From IMG/VR virus record IMGVR_UViG_3300050144_000056: 38,427 bases of DNA. One strand, 5' to 3'. Below the pieces are notes generated by a model. The model did not search any database. It saw only the letters and a program-made list of their open reading frames with translations, and was not told the DNA's origin. Position numbers and translations under genes: made by a program. This DNA comes from a virus. Positions 32,443 through 38,427 of this stretch are shown one piece after another; within the stretch, counting starts at the first letter, position 1, and every line of letters starts with the position of its first letter.

Positions 32443-34005
32443 TTAGCGAAGTTCCCACCATGCAGCTTGCCCTCCACTCAGTGCCGTTACGTTATAAGAA
32501 GCACCATGAGGAACAATCACCCATGCAGACAGAATAAATCTAGTTATCTGAGTTCCATTGATGGCAATTGTTGAAGCGGAAGCGGAAGTTGCAGACTCAG
32601 GCGCTACAACGATTGGCTTCCCTGTGGTGTTGTAGTATGTTGTTGCTACTGCGCGAGATGCGTTCACGTTCTGCCAAGTTTGCCCATAGCCCAGCGACTG
32701 CATGGCATCCAAAGCATTGCCACCCATGCCCTGCACCAATGATGGAGCAGTTGCCCATGTGCCTGCTGTAGCTTGCGTAGAGTCTACACAGCCAACAACC
32801 CGATAAGGTACGTTTGTTCGTGCTGTATTTGAGTAAAAAACACTCGCACTTGTAGCTGCGCCACTAATCGCAGTCGTGCTAATAAGGCCGGTTTCGTCTA
32901 GGTTATTTCCGCCCGCCAAGTTGATGATTGCAAGCTCTACCGTGCCAGCATTATCAATGGCGACAAGAATCAAGCGAGAGGCAACGGCGCTAACAGTTCC
33001 CAGAGTTGCCGTGTTAGGCACTACAAGGCTAATAGCCGTGGGCACTGTCCGCTTATTGGGTACACCCGTTGTCAGAGTGGTGGAGCGAAACTCTAAAACA
33101 GTGGGGTTTAGTCCAACGGTCAGCGCGTTACCCGCTACAGAGGCTGTAACTGGTTGAACTTGGTTAACCGTGGGAGGCAGTTCTTCAACTAGTGCCTGAG
33201 TAGTGCTAATCAGCGTTACACGGCTTCGATGGTTAGTTGGGATGTCACCGGCTTGGATGTTGACATATGCGCCTGTAACGTCTTGTTTTACCAAGTTCGG
33301 AGGCGTTGCAACACCGTTAATTGTGATTGTCGGAGTCGCGCCAGAGGCTGTATGGAATGTTACCCAAAACGTCTGATTGGCAGCGTAAGCCGTGATCGCT
33401 GGTGAAGGGGTAAGCGTGTAAGCAGTGCTAGTGCCTGCGGTTGTCGCCGCGATAAGAGGTGCAGACAATGCTGAACCGTCTGCCTTCTGATATGCAACAA
33501 CCTGCCAGCCACCAGAGATAGGAACCGCAATCAAGGCATCATTTGCCGCCGTGGTGATGTTTGCTGCCGTGGGGAGTACCAAGGTAGCGGAATGCGTCAA
33601 AAGCACCGCACCAGCGAAAATAAGGAAGCGCGGCCCGTTGTAGTTCGTGCCAAACGAAGTCACGCCAGTTGTACCAGTCACTCGGAGGAAGTTGGTTAAC
33701 TGTGCGCCAATGTCCAAGGTTGCGGCAGAGGCAATATCAGTCAGAGTGCCTTGGCTGAATAACTGCTCATATCGGAGGGATTGACCAGTCCCAGAGCCAG
33801 CGGCAAGGTTTGTCAGCTTGTTGCCGCCCATTTGCAAATTGCCGGTAATGGGGGTTTGTCCGTCAGCACTGATAGATTGCTGAATGGCTGCGGCAATGTC
33901 ATTGATAAGGGCTTGCCAATCTGCTGTTGTTGCTGTTACGCCTGAAACCGAGGGATTCCAGCTATTTGTTAAGAGGCTGTAGCCGCCTGAGCCATTTCGG
34001 GACAT
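32443..34005 (-). CDS. Tail fibre protein
   Basis: ATG at 34005 after AAGGA. The N-terminal SADGQTPITGNLQMGGNKLTNLAAGSGTGQSLRYEQL is a common tail-fibre motif. Confidence 0.75.
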   Translation of the reverse strand: MSRNGSGGYSLLTNSWNPSVSGVTATTADWQALINDIAAAIQQSISADGQTPITGNLQMGGNKLTNLAAGSGTGQSLRYEQLFSQGTLTDIASAATLDIGAQLTNFLRVTGTTGVTSFGTNYNGPRFLIFAGAVLLTHSATLVLPTAANITTAANDALIAVPISGGWQVVAYQKADGSALSAPLIAATTAGTSTAYTLTPSPAITAYAANQTFWVTFHTASGATPTITINGVATPPNLVKQDVTGAYVNIQAGDIPTNHRSRVTLISTTQALVEELPPTVNQVQPVTASVAGNALTVGLNPTVLEFRSTTLTTGVPNKRTVPTAISLVVPNTATLGTVSAVASRLILVAIDNAGTVELAIINLAGGNNLDETGLISTTAISGAATSASVFYSNTARTNVPYRVVGCVDSTQATAGTWATAPSLVQGMGGNALDAMQSLGYGQTWQNVNASRAVATTYYNTTGKPIVVAPESATSASASTIAINGTQITRFILSAWVIVPHGASYNVTALSGGQAAWWELR

Positions 34006-34161
34006 AGTTGATTCCTTTACACTGTAGGCATGACGCCCGAACAAATCTCATTCGCTATCGCGCTAATTTTAAAGCCACTAGCAGCGGCTCTAATACTATG
34101 CTTTTTGTATTTCATCAGAATCATGGTGATTCGTCATTTTCCTGAGTGTTGGTTGAAGCGC

Positions 34162-36048
34162 TTATTCTTGATTCGCCTGAATAAGCCCCGGCACTGAGGA
34201 ACCGATAGCCGCACCGCCTCTGCGAAGCCCTTGGACTAGAGCTTGCATTTGTGGCGTAACCATTCCGGCTTCCATCAATCGAGCGGCTTCCCGAGGGTCT
34301 AGCAGACTTTGTGCAAGTTGCGCAGCCATGCGTTCATTGGCATCACGGTAAACCACTTGCCCTGCTTTTTGTGCTAGGTTTCCAACTACTCCAAGCGGTG
34401 CAAAATTAGTCACCATTGCAGGCAAGCCACTTTGCTGCATCATGTTGCTAAACGCCATTTTTTGCACAGTGTCAGAGCCTACGCCACGGCCTGCGGTTTC
34501 AGCAAAGTTAGCCCGTGCCAAGTCATCTTTTAGCGCATTCATGGATTGAAGCTGTGCAGGCTCCAAGGTGTTTTCAAGTGTTGCACCTTTAAATCCGGTA
34601 GCAGTCTGCGCAGTCTCATCGCTTAGTTTTCGCGCAAATTGCGATGGCATGATTTTTCCGGTCAAAGGATTGACAGCACCCATCAATTCCTCACCCACCG
34701 CCATCTGATTAATAGGGCGTGAGGCTTGCTGATAGGCTTCGCGCGAAGCGCCATAAACAGGGGATATGGCGTCCATCTCTTTGGTAAGAGTGGTTTTCAT
34801 ATCCATCAAAGCAGACTTTGCATTGCGTCCAAGTGCGTTTGTAGCAGTAGGCTCCAAGGCGTCATCAATGGCTAATTTGAGATAGTGAAGACCATCAATA
34901 GAAGTCAGCGGATTGCCAATATCAACACCCTTATCTGCGGCCATGCGTTTTGCATCATTGATAAATCCAGCGAATGAAGGCCGCTTTGCCAAGTCTTCTA
35001 GGGCTTTAGTTGGACGAATAGCCATTGCTGCAGATTGCGCTTCGGTTCTTACAGGTGCATTACCAAGTGAACCTAGGCCAGCAAATTGAGCGTCTTTTGC
35101 GATCTGGTCTTGAATAGCCAACTCTCGGCGCATTAAGTCAGAATTACGCGCACGGCTATATGCCACTTCTGCCGCACCTTGTCGGGCTTGCAATGCTGCT
35201 TCTTTTGCTGTTTTGTCACCAGCCAGATTACGAAGTGCAGCAATACGCGCATCATTGTTAGCGGCCTGACGTGCGGCAACTTGGTTCATTGCCACAGGGT
35301 CTGCGGCAGTAGCTGTGCGCTGTAGTGCTGCGATGCCGGGGTTATTTGCAGCTTCGGCAGCAGTAGGCAGTGAGCCGGGAACTAGCTCTTGTGCGCCTCG
35401 TAGATTGCGGACTACCTCATCAGCATTACCGCCAGAAGCCGTGCGAAGTGTGCGCCCCATGATGGCATTGCGTCCACCTTCATAAAGCGGGTCAATAAAC
35501 GACTTTGCCACTTGTGCGCCACGCACGGCAATAGGAACTGCCGCACCAGCGCCAGCACCAATAGCCACGTTTTTAAATCGCTCACCCGCGCTAGTACCGG
35601 GCTGCAATGCCCCATAAACACCACCAACGGCAGCGGAACCGGGGATAGTGGCAGCTCCCGGAATAAATGCAGCAGGGGCAGCGGCAATCACGTTGCCGGT
35701 GATATTGCCAGCCATGCCAGCGCCGGTATTCATCAGGGGCGCGTCAAGGTTGCGGCTTTCTTGAATTTGCTCATTAGATAAGCCGCCCATACCTTGAGGC
35801 AAATACTGCCTTACGCCTCGGGCAATGTCGTAGCCAGCTTTACCCATACCAGCAAAGAATTTGTCAGTGCCACTCATGCCCACGGTGGGGTCATATTTTG
35901 CGCGGTCTTCTTCTAGGTTCTTTGCCGCCCTTGTTGCCTTGTCTTCTTTGGTTGCAGATAGTAAAGCCAAACCAGCATCGGAGACTTTAGACAAGTCGCC
36001 AGATTGCAGCGCCATCAAATCGGCATCGGACAGCTTGGTTAAATCCAT
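34162..36048 (-). CDS. Internal virion / ejection-type protein (628 aa, putative)
   Basis: Ala/Gly-rich with glycine-zipper-like hydrophobic stretches (GAGMAGNITGNVIAAAPAAFIPGAATIPGSAAVGGVYG). TAATG-coupled to the upstream gene. Confidence 0.5.
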   Translation of the reverse strand: MDLTKLSDADLMALQSGDLSKVSDAGLALLSATKEDKATRAAKNLEEDRAKYDPTVGMSGTDKFFAGMGKAGYDIARGVRQYLPQGMGGLSNEQIQESRNLDAPLMNTGAGMAGNITGNVIAAAPAAFIPGAATIPGSAAVGGVYGALQPGTSAGERFKNVAIGAGAGAAVPIAVRGAQVAKSFIDPLYEGGRNAIMGRTLRTASGGNADEVVRNLRGAQELVPGSLPTAAEAANNPGIAALQRTATAADPVAMNQVAARQAANNDARIAALRNLAGDKTAKEAALQARQGAAEVAYSRARNSDLMRRELAIQDQIAKDAQFAGLGSLGNAPVRTEAQSAAMAIRPTKALEDLAKRPSFAGFINDAKRMAADKGVDIGNPLTSIDGLHYLKLAIDDALEPTATNALGRNAKSALMDMKTTLTKEMDAISPVYGASREAYQQASRPINQMAVGEELMGAVNPLTGKIMPSQFARKLSDETAQTATGFKGATLENTLEPAQLQSMNALKDDLARANFAETAGRGVGSDTVQKMAFSNMMQQSGLPAMVTNFAPLGVVGNLAQKAGQVVYRDANERMAAQLAQSLLDPREAARLMEAGMVTPQMQALVQGLRRGGAAIGSSVPGLIQANQE

Positions 36049-37409
36049 TATTTCCTACCTTTCCGACGTTCAATCTCTGCGGCAATAGCACCAGCATCAG
36101 GAACTGTTGGAGCGCTTGGAGTGCTTTGTTCAAAGATATTGAACCCACCCAATCCGCGCTTCTCTCGTGCATAGCTGTCTGCACGGTTGTACAAGCCAAT
36201 AGACTTGCCAGCCTGCTTTTCCATCCAATCGGTAAGCTGTGCTCGAGCCGCTGCGCTTTGTCCAAGTTGCGGAACTGTTTTCTCGATAAACTCACGGTCA
36301 GCGTTAGACGGGTTAGCGCCCAATGCTTTCACACGGTCAAGAATCAGCTTACTTGCTTCTGCGTTGTAAACCTGAGAACCTACAAGCCCCTTTGGTGCGA
36401 TTCCAGTCCAGCCCTCGATCATGTTCGCAATGCCGAGTCGGGTATTTGCGCCGCCGCCAGAGTAAGCCCCTGCTTTTTCTGCATCGCGCAGATTTTGAAC
36501 CGTAGCCAATACGCTCTGAGCCGTTTGTGCAGCATCACGCCATTTACCAAGCTGCTCGGCATCCATTTTGCCTAGTTCAGTGTCAAAGGCTTTAGGTCCA
36601 GCATTGATAACAGTGTTGTTAGTAGAAGACTTGCCAGCGGCAGCAATGCGAGATTTAGCGCCAATCAAAGCCTCATTAGGAACCCATTTGCCTGTAACGG
36701 GGTCTTTGATAATCAAATCACTTGCAACGTCTACTTGCTTTTCAACCGGTGCGCCAATCGGCTTGCCTGTCATCGAATCAACCAATTGCCCGTTAATCAC
36801 TACGCCCTTGTTTTTGCCGTAGTTTTGTGATTCGTAATAAGACTTCACCATCGCATCAGGCACGCCAGCATTTAGCGCGTCTTGTGGTGTTGATGCGGTT
36901 TTCAGAATGTTGGTGTACTTTAGACGTTGCTCAAGCTCTTGATTCTTGTTGTACTCATTCTGAGCCGTAGTAAGCGCCCCCTGCATTCCCATTTGTTGGA
37001 ACTGAGGGAACTGCGAGCCAGCGGCAACACGATAAAAGTCATCCATGCTTCCGGACTTTGCTGGCATCTGCACCGGCGCGTTTACGTTGCCTTCATCGTC
37101 ATTAGGCGTGAGAGGTTGCACAGTCTCAGCGGGTTTACCACGTAGCGCGGTAATCATCGCGTTCATGTCGCCTTGCATGGCTGCTTGTTTCTTCGCTTGC
37201 AGGTCTTTCAGCTCAGTCTCTGCACCTTGGGCGTCTTTCATGCCACGATACATCCGCAAGCCTTGCACCAGCGATTGCGAAAAATCAGGGCGCACGTAAT
37301 GGCCGCTAATCATCTGCCCCTCAGCGGGGGCAAATTCCTGATCGCGCATAGCCTGCGCTTGGGCTAGACGCTTTTGTAGAAGCTGCTCTTGCGTTTCAAA
37401 GTTTTGCAT
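36048..37409 (-). CDS. Internal virion / ejection-type protein (453 aa, putative)
   Basis: Trimmed to the ATG at 37409 (MQNFETQEQ...); Gln/Ala-rich. Confidence 0.45.
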   Translation of the reverse strand: MQNFETQEQLLQKRLAQAQAMRDQEFAPAEGQMISGHYVRPDFSQSLVQGLRMYRGMKDAQGAETELKDLQAKKQAAMQGDMNAMITALRGKPAETVQPLTPNDDEGNVNAPVQMPAKSGSMDDFYRVAAGSQFPQFQQMGMQGALTTAQNEYNKNQELEQRLKYTNILKTASTPQDALNAGVPDAMVKSYYESQNYGKNKGVVINGQLVDSMTGKPIGAPVEKQVDVASDLIIKDPVTGKWVPNEALIGAKSRIAAAGKSSTNNTVINAGPKAFDTELGKMDAEQLGKWRDAAQTAQSVLATVQNLRDAEKAGAYSGGGANTRLGIANMIEGWTGIAPKGLVGSQVYNAEASKLILDRVKALGANPSNADREFIEKTVPQLGQSAAARAQLTDWMEKQAGKSIGLYNRADSYAREKRGLGGFNIFEQSTPSAPTVPDAGAIAAEIERRKGRK

Positions 37410-38427
37410 AGTCAACGCCCTTGAATCCGTGAATCTCAAACACTGCGTCAGGCATTACTTTTTCGACTTCCTGAGCCATCACGCCAATTTGTTTGCCGCC
37501 GCCCCAAATATAGTCGTACTCGTAGATGCCAATGCCGGTTTTGTGTGTGCCAATGCGCTTAATGTTCTTTTTCAGGCGACGGTCTGACATTGCTTTACCG
37601 GCAGATCCGCCCACTTGAGCGCCCATCATTGCACCAGCAGGCCCACCATACATACCACCCAAAGCAGCTCCGCCAATGCTGAACAGTCCACCCATCATAT
37701 TGGACTGGTTAGCGTTGTTTGCATTTGATGCGCCTAGGTCTGCTTGGTATTGCGACTGAGCCGCTCCAAGGTAGTTTGCGCCCTGAGTCTGCCCTTGCTG
37801 TGCATATTGTTGGAATTGTGGCGACTGAACCTGAGCGCCTGAGCGCAATGCGTTAACCAAGTTAAGAGGCCGGTCTTGGACATATGCCTGCTCTTGCAAA
37901 GCACTTGTACGGTTTGCTTGGTCTAGGCTGATACCTTGGAGAGCCGCTTGCAATTGGAGGTCGTTAGCGCGTTGGCCTTGCGCGGTCATTTCTTTGCCGT
38001 AAGCGTCAGAGCCTAGGGTTATGCCTTGGTTTGCCAGCCGTGTGCGCAGTGCTTCGTCTTGTTGTGCAAGTTGAGGCTGTAGGCGAGACATGATCGCTTC
38101 TTGCGCGGTTTTGCCTACGTCAATCGCACGGCTAGGCAATTGCGACATATCCAATTCAGGATTTGACAAAAGCCCTTGTACCTTGTCAAAACCTTGAGAG
38201 GCTGTATCGGCGTATTTGTCCGATAGCTGCATTTGCTTGTCTAGCGTGGCCTGAGCTTGTGGCGTGAGAGTCTGGGTCTGATTCCACGTACCGTCGCCGT
38301 TTTCTTGATAGGTCAGGTTGCCATAAGGGGTATATTGGTTTACCCGATTGGCGCGAGTAGCGTATTTAGCCGCCTCAAGGTTGCCTGCTGCGGTTTTCTC
38401 TGCTGCTCCTGTGTAGTCAGGTGCTGC
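37396..38427 (-). CDS. Gln/Ala/Gly-rich virion protein with a C-terminal Peptidase_S74 intramolecular chaperone domain; crosses the circular junction
   Basis: The C-terminus SDRRLKKNIKRIG...IGVMAQEVEKVMPDAV matches the S74 auto-processing domain. The reading frame stays open to the window end. The real ATG is at position 145 of the overlap copy (MKSSEPAAPDYTGAAEK..., AGGGG RBS), giving about 349 aa. Confidence 0.75.
   Translation of the reverse strand, partial: AAPDYTGAAEKTAAGNLEAAKYATRANRVNQYTPYGNLTYQENGDGTWNQTQTLTPQAQATLDKQMQLSDKYADTASQGFDKVQGLLSNPELDMSQLPSRAIDVGKTAQEAIMSRLQPQLAQQDEALRTRLANQGITLGSDAYGKEMTAQGQRANDLQLQAALQGISLDQANRTSALQEQAYVQDRPLNLVNALRSGAQVQSPQFQQYAQQGQTQGANYLGAAQSQYQADLGASNANNANQSNMMGGLFSIGGAALGGMYGGPAGAMMGAQVGGSAGKAMSDRRLKKNIKRIGTHKTGIGIYEYDYIWGGGKQIGVMAQEVEKVMPDAVFEIHGFKGVDYAKL
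38301..38427. repeat. Terminal overlap identical to 1..127
   Basis: Exact 127-nt identity to the window start. Confidence 0.95.

Noticed and set aside
32443-34005. Diversity-generating retroelement acting on the tail fibre, by analogy with BPP-1-like phages
   Set aside because: There is no reverse-transcriptase-like ORF, and I saw no template/variable repeat pair near the 3' end of the fibre gene.

Overview
The window is a complete, circularly closed tailed-phage genome. Bases 1..127 are identical to 38301..38427, so the unique length is about 38.3 kb. All functional calls come from reading the ORF translations and the DNA by eye; no database search was run.

Layout is lambdoid/P22-like:
- Late operon, minus strand: terS (15957) -> terL -> portal -> an unusual ~4.5 kb block -> scaffold -> major capsid -> small head proteins -> tail/virion proteins. 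It then crosses the circular junction into Ala/Gly/Gln-rich ejection-type proteins, a tail fibre and a lysis cassette (GH108 endolysin plus 3-TM holin) ending at 30567.
- Early operon, minus strand (27201 -> 16408): DNA methyltransferase, replication initiator-like gene with internal iterons, NinB-like, YbcO-like and VRR-NUC-like genes, and many small ORFs.
- Short plus-strand operon (27333 -> 30365): ERF recombinase and an SSB-like protein.

No integrase, CI-type repressor, tRNA, rRNA or CRISPR array was recognised.

Main signals:
1. An HNH gene sits next to a virion gene, and a synonymously recoded copy of that gene's last 16 codons flanks it.
2. A 14-bp palindrome (TAGGG-N4-CCCTA) sits in fixed register upstream of at least six early promoters, one of them a divergent pair.
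3. Four 11-bp-phased iterons and a polypurine tract lie inside the replication gene.
4. Five homing-endonuclease-like genes are present, two with hairpins at their 5' ends.
5. A 117-nt element upstream of the packaging genes has tRNA-like D/T arms closed by a 16-bp perfect stem.
6. C(UUCG)G hairpins follow the capsid gene and the two genes after it.
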